From Anaerolineae bacterium (GTDB lineage: Bacteria; Chloroflexota; Anaerolineae; UBA7937; B3-Chlor), in contig DAOUME010000022.1 in NCBI GenBank assembly GCA_034411995.1, forward strand, positions 3,965-67,964: a stretch of DNA of 64,000 nucleotides, in the 5' to 3' direction. The position numbers and the translations under genes were made by a program. A model generated the notes under the pieces. That model worked only from the letters and a program-made list of their open reading frames with translations, was not told the origin of the DNA and searched no databases. Below, piece after piece: positions 36,735-45,287 of this stretch (its first letter is position 1; each line of letters starts with the position of its first letter).

Positions 36735-37478
36735 ATGAGCATTCGTTTACTCGATTGCGCGCCGATGGCTCCCCGGTACCCACGGTGGCACCTGGGGACT
36801 CCCTGTCTGCTCGTCGACACCGACCAGGGCCTCGTTCTCGTCGATACCGGCCTCGGCCTGCACGACTTTCTGGCCCCAGGGCCCCTGGTCCGCCTCTTCG
36901 CGTGGGCTTTGCGCTTCCCTCACGATCCCGAGCACGCCGCCGTGCGCCAGCTCTCGCGCCTGGGCCACGACCCCGAATCTGTCCGGCACATCGTGATGAC
37001 CCACCTCCATTTCGACCACGCCGGGGGCCTTCCCGACTTCCCCCACGCTCAGGTTCACGTACACCGCCGCGAGTACGAGGCCATGCTCCATCCTCGCAGT
37101 CTGCTAGAGCTGGGCTACGATGGCCTCGATTTCGCCCATGGGCCCTCCTGGGTTCTCTACGACCAACCCACCGAGGACTGGCTCGGGTTCGAGGCTTTCC
37201 GGCTGCCCTTCACGCCGGAGATGTATCTCGTCCCACTCTTCGGCCACACCCGCGGCCATTGCGGGGTAGCCATCCAGGACGATGATGGTTGGGTCTTGCA
37301 GTGTGCCGACGCCCTGCCCACGAATGCTGACTTCGACCTCACCCCGCCATGGCTCAACCGTTTGGTGATCGGACCGCACGTTGCCAGGTTGCGGGAGTGG
37401 GCTTGCCGCCATCCCGAAGTTCGCCTGTTGGCCGGGCACATGCGGCACCCTTTCCCCGATCACAAGGGCGAAGTCTGA
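36735..37478 (+). CDS. MBL-fold metallo-hydrolase
   Basis: HxHxDH motif (MTHLHFDHAGG) and downstream His/Asp ligands (GHTRGH). Confidence 0.8.
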   Translation: MSIRLLDCAPMAPRYPRWHLGTPCLLVDTDQGLVLVDTGLGLHDFLAPGPLVRLFAWALRFPHDPEHAAVRQLSRLGHDPESVRHIVMTHLHFDHAGGLPDFPHAQVHVHRREYEAMLHPRSLLELGYDGLDFAHGPSWVLYDQPTEDWLGFEAFRLPFTPEMYLVPLFGHTRGHCGVAIQDDDGWVLQCADALPTNADFDLTPPWLNRLVIGPHVARLREWACRHPEVRLLAGHMRHPFPDHKGEV

Positions 37479-37505
37479 GAGTCCCCGGCCGAAGCGGACC
37501 CGACT

Positions 37506-37544
37506 GGAGAAGAGATCGCTATCGTCGAGGGCCGGAATTGCTGA
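37506..37544 (+). repeat. Direct repeat copy 5 of the RM-gene 3-prime end (about 39 bp), ends in TGA
   Basis: GGAGAAGAGATCGCTATCGTCGAGGGCCGGAATTGCTGA. Confidence 0.8.
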
Positions 37545-37836
37545 ACCGCTGAGGCCAGCTTCGCAAGGCCAGGCCTGACACCCGCCCCTACCAACCCCCC
37601 AGCCCTGCGTGCGGCGGGCCTTTCTTTGCCCAACACAGACTCGCGAAAGAACCTGAGCTCAGCATACACTTGCGGCAGCTAGCCCTTCTGGCGCCACTGA
37701 GTGCCGCCCGGACACAGCCCATTGGCGAGGACAAACGTGCGCCTGAGGCGCCAGATGGCTTGACGGCGCCGAACGATATCCCCATAATCACTAGTTGGGA
37801 GGACACAACAGGAGGGAATATGAAAGAGCGCGAATC

Positions 37837-38832
37837 AGTATGGGAAGATTGAGAGTCGGCTTGCTGAACAAGAAACGGGGCAACTTTGCACTCGAAGAAA
37901 GGTTCATAGGCCCCGATGGCGTCGTTGATAGGACGAACGCCGAAGCAGAACATCACCAGCGGGCCCTGACCGAAGCCGGTTACGTTGTCCGCCAGATTCG
38001 CTGGGGCCCTGATTTCATCAACGATCTACAGGCTTCCCCAGTCGATCTTGTGTTCAACGTTTCCAGTCTGGTAGAAGCCGCGATCCTCGAAGAATTGCAG
38101 ATACCCTACGTGGGCTCCGATACGTTCACCATCGCCATCGCCACCGACAAATCGCTGGCGAAAAGGCTCTGGCAGCAGGCGGGCCTGCCGACATCGCCTT
38201 TCTGGCTGGCCAGATCGCAGAAGGACTGTGGCCTGTTTGGGGGCATCCCACCCTTCGAGTATCCCCTGTTCGTCAAGCCGGTGGCCGGCCGAGGCAGCGC
38301 AGGGATCGACGACACGTCCATCGTTCACAGCTACGACCAACTGGTCAGCGCAGTTGTGGAAAGGCTGGAGACTATCGGTCAACCAGTCCTCATAGAGAAG
38401 CTGCTGCGGGGCAGAGAAATCACCCTGGGCGTCCTGGGAAATGAGCGCGCAAGGGCCCTTCCTCCATTAGAGATCGCGTATTGCGAGGGGGATGACACAC
38501 TGACTTTCGAGAAGAAAGAGTTGGACAACGATACCTTCCTCTGCCCTGCTCCGCTGACCGCTGAAGAGACCCACACCATGCAGCAATTGGCGCTTCGGGC
38601 CTACCACGTGTTGGGCTTCAGGGACTTTGGCCGAATTGACACGATCTTGACCGACGAAGGGCCGTGCTTGTTGGAGGGGAACACTTTCGCGGGGCTCATG
38701 TGCACACCCAAGGAGAAACCTCGTAGCTATATTGGCTTCATGGCTCGCGCAGAGGGAAAGGACGGCAAGGCTCTGCTGGATGAGATCATGCAGATAGCTA
38801 TCAGGAGACTCAACTTGAAAGCCTGTGATTGA
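37837..38832 (+). CDS. ATP-grasp enzyme of the D-alanine--D-alanine ligase family
   Basis: Ddl-like N-terminal and ATP-grasp patterns (LRVGLLNKKRG..., EYPLFVKPVAGRGSAGI, ITLGVLG). The ORF was trimmed to the ATG at 37837. Confidence 0.7.
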   Translation, partial: SMGRLRVGLLNKKRGNFALEERFIGPDGVVDRTNAEAEHHQRALTEAGYVVRQIRWGPDFINDLQASPVDLVFNVSSLVEAAILEELQIPYVGSDTFTIAIATDKSLAKRLWQQAGLPTSPFWLARSQKDCGLFGGIPPFEYPLFVKPVAGRGSAGIDDTSIVHSYDQLVSAVVERLETIGQPVLIEKLLRGREITLGVLGNERARALPPLEIAYCEGDDTLTFEKKELDNDTFLCPAPLTAEETHTMQQLALRAYHVLGFRDFGRIDTILTDEGPCLLEGNTFAGLMCTPKEKPRSYIGFMARAEGKDGKALLDEIMQIAIRRLNLKACD

Positions 38833-39436
38833 GATGTCAGTACCTCGGATAGAGATAGAACTCGACAAACTGAGCCATAACGCCCGCAAGCTGATAGCTC
38901 TATACGGTTCCAAGCGAATCCACATCGTGGCTGTCACGAAGGGGCTCTGTGGCTCTCCCAGGATTGCGAATCCTCTGCTCAAGAGCGGATTCCGCTGCTT
39001 CGGCGACTCACGCACCCCCAACGTACGAGAGCTGCGCGAGGGTGGCATAGATGCGCAATTCACCTTCATCCGCTCCCCCATGCCCAGCCGGGTCGAGCGA
39101 GTGCTCGAATCTGACGACGTAAGTCTCGATACAAAGATCGCCGTTATGCAGCTTCTTGCCGATGAGGCCACCAGATGTGGCAGAAGCCATCGAGTCAGTC
39201 TGATGGTTGGGCTGGCCTATCTACGGGAGGGCATACTACCCTCCGATCTCGAGCCGGTGGTGAAGGGGATCATTGGCATGCAAGGCATGGATCCACTTGT
39301 CTCCGGCAGGCTGCGGGACGATAATCTGCTGGGCTGGGGTAGTGCCCGCCCGTGGGAGGAAAGGGCAGGCCCAGCGTGCTCATCCGCGTGGATCGGCGGA
39401 AGGGTCGCGCCTGATTCTCTCCCTGAGCAGCGATGA
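38825..39436 (+). pseudogene. Alanine-racemase-like N-terminal (PLP-binding barrel) fragment, apparently truncated or frameshifted
   Basis: LIALYGSKRIHIVAVTKGLCGS resembles the alanine racemase N-terminal domain. Only about 200 aa are present, the C-terminal 60 aa look like out-of-frame read-through, and the ORF overlaps the downstream ADH start. Confidence 0.35.
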
Positions 39437-39483
39437 CCTTCGAGCAGTCGAACCGGCGCGGTTCGGAAAGGAGGGCTACACCA

Positions 39484-40512
39484 ATGTCTGCTTCAACCAT
39501 ACTGGGATACGCCGCGAGGGCGGTGGGACAACCGCTCGAGCCCTTCACCTACGAGCCGCCGCCGTTGGACGAACACGACGTGCGGGTTTCTGTCACTCAC
39601 TGCGGCGTCTGCCACACCGACGTCCACGCCATCGACGACTACTACGGAATCACCACCTATCCCTTCGCGCCCGGTCACGAGATCGTGGGCTACGTCTCGG
39701 ATGTGGGCCCGGCAGCGTCCGGCCTGAAGGAAGGGGACAGGGTGGGCATAGGCTGGCAGGGCCGTTCTTGCGGGCAGTGTGAGTGGTGCTTGAAGGGAGA
39801 AGAGCAACTGTGTATGGACATCGTCCAGGCGGCAACCTGGCTCCCCTACGGAGGGTTCTCCTCCTCCGTCGTCGTGGACAGCCGCTTCGCCTACGGGCTC
39901 CCTGACGGTATGCCCTCGGAGATAGCCTCGGTGCTCATGTGCGCCGGGATCACCGTCTACTCTCCCCTCCGCTCCTTCGCCGCGCCACCCTCGCAGAAAC
40001 TCGGCATCGTCGGCGTGGGAGGGCTGGGCCATCTCGCCCTACAGTTCGCCCGCGCCTTCGGCTACGAGGTCACCGCCATTTCCTCGTCCCCAGAGAAGAA
40101 GGAGCAGGCGCTGGCCTTCGGCGCAGACCACTTCGTCGTCTCGGACCAGGCCAGCCTGTCCGAGCTCGAGTTCACCTTCGACCTGCTGCTATGCACCGCC
40201 AGCGGCAAGATCGACTGGGTGCCGCTGCTGGACACTCTGAAGAAGAACGGCAAGATGATCCTCGTCGGCTTCCCCGACGTGGAGCTCAATTCGACCGACC
40301 TGGTGGCGCACCAACTCTCCATCCTCACGTCCTTCCTGGGCAACCGGGCGCGAATGCGGGAGATGCTGTCGTTCGCGCAGGCCCACGGCATTACCCCCGC
40401 CATCGAGCAAATGCCCATGTCGGAGGTCAACGAAGCCCTTCAGAGAGTGAGAGACAACCAGGCCCGCTACCGCATCGTGCTCGTCAACGAGACGGAGAGC
40501 ACAGGGGCCTAG
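39484..40512 (+). CDS. Zinc-dependent alcohol dehydrogenase (MDR family)
   Basis: CGVCHTDVH, GHEIVGYV, a structural-zinc Cys cluster (CGQCEWCLKGEEQLC) and GxGxxG (GIVGVGGLGH); ATG at 39484 with GGAGGG RBS. Confidence 0.85.
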   Translation: MSASTILGYAARAVGQPLEPFTYEPPPLDEHDVRVSVTHCGVCHTDVHAIDDYYGITTYPFAPGHEIVGYVSDVGPAASGLKEGDRVGIGWQGRSCGQCEWCLKGEEQLCMDIVQAATWLPYGGFSSSVVVDSRFAYGLPDGMPSEIASVLMCAGITVYSPLRSFAAPPSQKLGIVGVGGLGHLALQFARAFGYEVTAISSSPEKKEQALAFGADHFVVSDQASLSELEFTFDLLLCTASGKIDWVPLLDTLKKNGKMILVGFPDVELNSTDLVAHQLSILTSFLGNRARMREMLSFAQAHGITPAIEQMPMSEVNEALQRVRDNQARYRIVLVNETESTGA

Positions 40513-40590
40513 TCCCCCCTTCCCTCACGGGTGATCTGGTCCAGCCAGACTCGCACCATTACTGCTCAGACTACGGCACAGGAGGCCACC

Positions 40591-41823
40591 ATGGATTACG
40601 ACTTCGACGCCGAGGTCGACCGCCGAGGCACCGACTCTCTGAAATGGGAGTTCATACAGAGCGACGAAGATCCGCTGAAGTGGGAGCTCACCGATTCTTT
40701 CTTCGGAGAAGACCGTACCCTCCCCTTGTGGGTGGCGGACATGGACTTCCCCTGTCCCCAGCCGGTAGTGGATGCGCTGGTGGCCAGGGCCCAGCACGGG
40801 ATCTACGGCTACACCATGCCCTCTCCCGCCTTCTATCGATCCGTCGTCGGCTGGATGCGGAGACGGCACGGGTGGGAGATAGCGCCCGAATGGATCTGTA
40901 TCACCCCTGGGGTCGTGCCGGCCGTCAACATGCTGGTCCGCGCCTTCGTCGCCCCTGGCGACAAAGTACTGATCCAGCCCCCGGTCTACTATCCTTTCTA
41001 CTCCGCCATCGAGAACAACGGCGCCGAGCTGGCCCTCAACCCCCTGATCTACGAGGACGGTCGCTATCGCATGGACCTGGCGGACCTGGAGGCCAAATGC
41101 CAGGATCCTCAGGTCAAGCTGGCCATCCTGTGCAGTCCGCACAACCCCGTGGGGCGCGTGTGGACCCCGGAGGAGCTCCGCCGCTTTGGGGAGATCTGTA
41201 TCGACAACGACGTGCTCGTCGTCTCTGACGAGATCCACGCCGACCTGATCTTCAAAGGTCACGTGTTTACGCCCTTCGCCAAGGTCAGCGAACCCTTCGC
41301 CCAGCATTCCGTCACCTGCACCGCGCCCAGCAAGACCTTCAACCTGGCCGGGTTGCAGACCTCTTGTATCGTCATCCCCAATCACGATCTGCGCTCCGTC
41401 TTCGATAGAATCGTGCAGAGCAACGGGCTGGTCACCGTCGGCACCTTCGGCGCGGTTGCCCTTCAGGCCGCGTACGATCTTGGAGAGGAATGGCTGGGGC
41501 AGCTTCTCGACTATCTCCAGGGGAACCTCGAATACCTCGAGCAGTACGTGGCGGAGCAGATCCCGCAACTATCCGTGGTGCGACCAGAGGGGACCTACCT
41601 GGTCTGGCTCGACTGTCGCCGGCTTGGGCTCAGCAAGTGGGGGCTAAAGCAACTCATGCTGGAGGAGGCGAGAGTCTATCTCGACGAGGGTTTCGTGTTC
41701 GGCCCCCAGGGTGAGGGCTTCGAACGTCTCAACATCGCTTGCCCCCGAGGAGTCCTGGCTGAGGCGCTCGATCGAATCAGGCAGGCCGTGGAAAGCCTGC
41801 CGGCCGGACCGATGTCCGCGTAG
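40591..41823 (+). CDS. PLP-dependent C-S lyase / aminotransferase class I-II (MalY/PatB-like)
   Basis: GTDSLKWE N-terminus, PLP-Lys region (SPHNPVGRVW...S.SKTFNLAGL). Start set at MDYDFDAEVD. Confidence 0.75.
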   Translation: MDYDFDAEVDRRGTDSLKWEFIQSDEDPLKWELTDSFFGEDRTLPLWVADMDFPCPQPVVDALVARAQHGIYGYTMPSPAFYRSVVGWMRRRHGWEIAPEWICITPGVVPAVNMLVRAFVAPGDKVLIQPPVYYPFYSAIENNGAELALNPLIYEDGRYRMDLADLEAKCQDPQVKLAILCSPHNPVGRVWTPEELRRFGEICIDNDVLVVSDEIHADLIFKGHVFTPFAKVSEPFAQHSVTCTAPSKTFNLAGLQTSCIVIPNHDLRSVFDRIVQSNGLVTVGTFGAVALQAAYDLGEEWLGQLLDYLQGNLEYLEQYVAEQIPQLSVVRPEGTYLVWLDCRRLGLSKWGLKQLMLEEARVYLDEGFVFGPQGEGFERLNIACPRGVLAEALDRIRQAVESLPAGPMSA

Positions 41824-41881
41824 CCGGTCGCTGAGCAGCCCCACGCCGTGCTCGTCACATCTCCCAGAGGGTTACAGGAAG

Positions 41882-42886
41882 ATGAACGAAGAGGACCAAC
41901 CTGCTTGGGTGAATCCGCGTCTCGTGCGGCCGCACGGCTGGTCACCCATACTGCACGTCGACCTGGAAAAGATGACAGACCAGCAGAGGCAGACGTTTGC
42001 CCTTCATCGCCTCTCCGGTTTCACGGCTGCGGGTTACCCTGCAGAGAGGTGCTACCATTTCTACACCAACAAGCAAGCTGAGTCCTTCTCGCTGCCCACC
42101 TACGTGTGGACACCCTGGAGCAGAGACTCAACCGCGTTGGAACCCGCGAAGATCGAATCGGTGCAGGAAATGCTGCCGTACGTCGCGGATGAGGAAATTG
42201 TCCATGTCTGTCGTTCTCTCATCGAACAGGGACAACTGCTGGACCACACCAGCGAGCAACTGGGCCGGGCACTCGCCGACTTCCTTGGCCTACCCTCCCC
42301 AGAAACCGACCGGCATTCCGAGCAACTGTGGCGACGAGCGAACGAGTATCGCGCGAAGCACGGCCCGGCCTGGGCAAGTCAGGCACAGATCAGGCCACTG
42401 GTCGCCCAGTTGAAGGACGTCTTCGTGGAGCTGAGTTCGTCGCAGTTTGAGCTTCACGGCAGGCTCCGACCCTATTACGAGCGCCTGGCCCCAGGTGGCG
42501 CGGAGATGGGCGATCAACGAGCCGACGACCTGGTCAACCAGGCCATGGAAGAGCCCGACGCCGATCGTGCCATACGCCTGCTCGAGAGAGCCTTACGATA
42601 CGGCAAGACCGGTATCCCGGCCAGCAGGGCCTACGTGGAACTTGCCGGACGCTACTCAGACCGGGGGGAGACCAAGAGAGCCATCGCCTACTACACCAAG
42701 TCCATCGAAGCCTCCAAGATTCCTAACGCCTACGCTCTCTACTGGCGGGGAGAGCTATACTATCAGCAAGAGGAGTGGGACAAGGCGCTCGGCGATTTCG
42801 AACGGGCGGTGTCCATAGGGCTTTTCTCGCCCGAGTGCGAGCAGGCGCAAGAGTATCTAGCCGAGCTGCGTGGCCGTCAGCCCTAG
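41882..42886 (+). CDS. Hypothetical protein with C-terminal TPR repeats
   Basis: ATG at 41882; C-terminal AIAYYTKSIEA..AYALYWRGELYYQQEEWDKALGDFERAV are TPR-like. Confidence 0.5.
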   Translation: MNEEDQPAWVNPRLVRPHGWSPILHVDLEKMTDQQRQTFALHRLSGFTAAGYPAERCYHFYTNKQAESFSLPTYVWTPWSRDSTALEPAKIESVQEMLPYVADEEIVHVCRSLIEQGQLLDHTSEQLGRALADFLGLPSPETDRHSEQLWRRANEYRAKHGPAWASQAQIRPLVAQLKDVFVELSSSQFELHGRLRPYYERLAPGGAEMGDQRADDLVNQAMEEPDADRAIRLLERALRYGKTGIPASRAYVELAGRYSDRGETKRAIAYYTKSIEASKIPNAYALYWRGELYYQQEEWDKALGDFERAVSIGLFSPECEQAQEYLAELRGRQP

Positions 42887-42897
42887 CGATGACCCGT

Positions 42898-42959
42898 GGG
42901 GGTGGGTCTCAGACCCGCCCCTACGCAGGTGCCCTTGCTACGTGGGGTGATCTCACCCC
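42898..42959. repeat. Dispersed about 50-60 bp repeat (GGGGGTGGGTCTCAGACCCGCCCCTACGCAGGTGCC..TTGCTACGTGG) containing two hairpins
   Basis: About 90% identical to 45063..45110; the core palindrome GGGTCTSAGACCC also occurs at 36575 and 46635. Confidence 0.7.
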
Positions 42960-43066
42960 CGCATACCGTCCGGGCCTGAACAGACATGTCGGCATAGCCA
43001 GTAATCAGCCGCCCCGTCGTGGTACTCACGGTCCCGCTTCGTGGGCAAGGGTAGAGCGGAGGGAGA

Positions 43067-43882
43067 GTGATGACCAAGAAAGGCGAGGACAGTCGCAAAC
43101 CGCTTGGCACCCGCGAATGGTACGATTTCGTTGGTCAACTCGCAGACGCGCTGCCAGGGATGCACCTGGGAGGACAGGAAGCTACGCAGAAACTGCTGGA
43201 GATGTGCGATCTGGAAGCGACGAGCCGCGTTCTCGATGTGGGCTGCGGTGGCGGGAACACAGCCTGCTTCATCGCCGAGCAGTACGGTTCGTCTGTCCGA
43301 GGGATAGACATATCCGAGGTCATGATCGACAAGTCCAAAGAGAGGGCGCGCCGACAGGGACTGGAGGACAAAGTCGAGTTCCGGGTTGCCGACGCGGCCG
43401 AGCTACCCTTCGAGGATGACTCATTTGACGTGGTCATCGTTGAGTCCGTCTTGACGCCGATACCTGGCGACAAGAGCAAGGCGCTTGGGGAGATGGTCAG
43501 GGTTGCGCGTGCCGGAGGGCGGATTGGGGCCAATGAATCCACTGTGGATCCGTCGGCGCCGGAAGAGTGGCTGGCTCTCCTGGACGAGCACCCGGCCATA
43601 CATGGGTACTTCACGCCGCAGACGCTCCGCAGCCTGTTCGAAGAATCCGGGCTGCAAGTGGTGGAGATGATCGAGGCTCAATACGTGGATACCCCGAAGG
43701 CGCTCAAGGACATGGGCCTACGCGCGGTGTTCTCCTTCATGCTCAGGGCCTATCCAAAGATCCTGCTCCGGCTGCTGCGCGACGCACGGATCAGGGAAGC
43801 CAGCAGGGTCGATGGCCAAATGACGAAGCGGGGCAAGGAGTACATGGGCTACACCTTGATCGTTGGGCAGAAACCTGGATAG
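43067..43882 (+). CDS. Class I SAM-dependent methyltransferase (UbiE/COQ5-like)
   Basis: VLDVGCGGGNTACFIAEQYG motif I and DVVIVESVL post-I motif. Confidence 0.75.
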   Translation: MMTKKGEDSRKPLGTREWYDFVGQLADALPGMHLGGQEATQKLLEMCDLEATSRVLDVGCGGGNTACFIAEQYGSSVRGIDISEVMIDKSKERARRQGLEDKVEFRVADAAELPFEDDSFDVVIVESVLTPIPGDKSKALGEMVRVARAGGRIGANESTVDPSAPEEWLALLDEHPAIHGYFTPQTLRSLFEESGLQVVEMIEAQYVDTPKALKDMGLRAVFSFMLRAYPKILLRLLRDARIREASRVDGQMTKRGKEYMGYTLIVGQKPG

Positions 43883-43993
43883 CGACCGCGGCCACGTCGT
43901 AGAAAGTGCAGCGCAAAACGGCAGGTGTCGAATGGATTGTGTTCATAGGGGCGACGGCCCATAAGGCGCTACAGGGCCAGACTCGGGCCACCG

Positions 43994-44030
43994 CTGGAGA
44001 GATCGCTACGGTGGAGGGGCGGGACCGCTG
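43994..44030 (+). repeat. Direct repeat copy 6 of the RM-gene 3-prime end (about 37 bp), ends in TGA
   Basis: GGAGAGATCGCTACGGTGGAGGGGCGGGACCGCTGA. Confidence 0.75.
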
Positions 44031-44047
44031 AGAACAGCGAGGGCGCA

Positions 44048-44078
44048 CTGTAGGGGCGAGTCGGCGACTCGCCCCTAC
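44048..44078. repeat. REP-like palindrome CTGTAGGGGCGAGTCGGCGACTCGCCCCTAC
   Basis: 13-bp perfect arms with GTAGGGG/CCCCTAC ends, located directly after direct-repeat copy 6. Confidence 0.7.
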
Positions 44079-44417
44079 TGCTCGATGGACAAAAACGAAA
44101 GCATGACCCCACGATGAATCGAATATCCCAGGCCCAAACCGCTGACCCCACCTACCGGAGCCTCTACAAATTGGGCGGCGCGGCCGCCTTCATCGTGGTG
44201 GGCTTGACCCTGAGCGAGGTCGTCGGCTTCACCATCTTCAGGCAACCTGCCACGGCAGCAGGCTGGTTCGAACTGTTCCAGGGGAACACCGTCCTCGGAC
44301 TTCTGGGGGTTGGAAGTCCCCATGTACGTGTTGTTCGCTTTGGTATATCTGGCGCTCTGCGCCGTGCTCAGAAATGCCAGCCCGGCTGGATATCATCCTC
44401 GTGGGGGTACAATCGTA

Positions 44418-44803
44418 TGAAAGCTGACCACGGCACACCCCGGACTATTGACCAGTACATCGCCGGCTTCCCCGATGAAGTTCGAGAGATCCTGCAACAG
44501 GTGAGGAAAACGATCAGCGAGGCAGCGCCGGACGCGGAAGAGGCCATCAAGTATCGAATGCCGACCTTCACTCTGAGAGGCAATCTGGTTCATTTTGCCG
44601 CGTACAAGAGGCACCTCGGCTTTTATCCCACGTCGACGGGAATCGAAGCGTTCAAGAACGAGCTATCTGCCTATAAGAGCTCGAAGGGTGCGGTACAGTT
44701 TCCGTTGGACAAACCGATCCCTTTCGACCTGATAGGCAGGATCGTGAGGTTCAGGGTAGAGGAGAATCTGGCCAGAGCAGCAGCGAAAGGGAAGAAGAGA
44801 TAG
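44418..44803 (+). CDS. DUF1801 (YdhG-like) domain protein
   Basis: PRTIDQYIAGFPDEVREILQQVRKTI...YRMPTFTLRGNLVHFAAYKRHLGFYP is the DUF1801 pattern. The ORF was trimmed to the ATG at 44418; upstream in-frame sequence lacks this similarity. Confidence 0.65.
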
Positions 44804-45062
44804 AGAGCACCGCCTGCCCTTCGCCCTGTTGTTCACGTCGAGAATCACCGCCCCACAGCTTGCACCGGCGACGGTTGCCGTGCCACCGCCGACCCCGAGC
44901 GCAGGATGCCCGGCCCGCCGCGAGAATCAGGTTCATGGATCCACTGGCACACGCTTCGGTGGGATTGATGGCCAGTCCGTCTCAACCCCCCAACGCTTCT
45001 CCAGGCGGCTGCTACTCGAGATGCTGGGGCTCTGGCGGTATCGGACGCGTGCCGCCCTGGCG

Positions 45063-45110
45063 GGGGTGGGTCTGAGACCCGCCCCTACGAAGGTGCCGTT
45101 GGTACGTGGA
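45063..45110. repeat. Second copy of the dispersed repeat seen at 42898 (GGGGGTGGGTCTGAGACCCGCCCCTACGAAGGTGCCGTTGGTACGTGG)
   Basis: About 44/48 identity to 42898..42945. Confidence 0.7.
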
Positions 45111-45287
45111 TCGATTCTGCCCCAACGCACTCCGCAGCCGGGAGCGGAGGGGGGCCTCTCTGCGGCCGGCACGCCACCGACGTGAACGAAACCCTGCGCG
45201 GCACCAGGTCGGGCCGGCAAAGCCCTCCCGGACGGCACGGTAGCCACCAACGTCGGCGGCGTGCACCAGACGCGGTGACCAGCTACA

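Noticed and set aside
37545-37836. Cobalamin riboswitch upstream of the Ddl-like gene (GCCACTG B12-box-like heptamer at about 37694)
   Set aside because: Only the 7-nt box matches; no surrounding conserved cobalamin-riboswitch elements are recognisable, and a 7-mer is expected by chance several times in 64 kb.
30548-44030. IMEX-type integration at a dif site (XerCD-mediated tandem arrays)
   Set aside because: The conserved repeat core GAGATCGCTATCGTGGAGGG does not resemble the 28-bp dif architecture (no AT-rich central spacer), and it is the coding end of a gene rather than a replication-terminus site.
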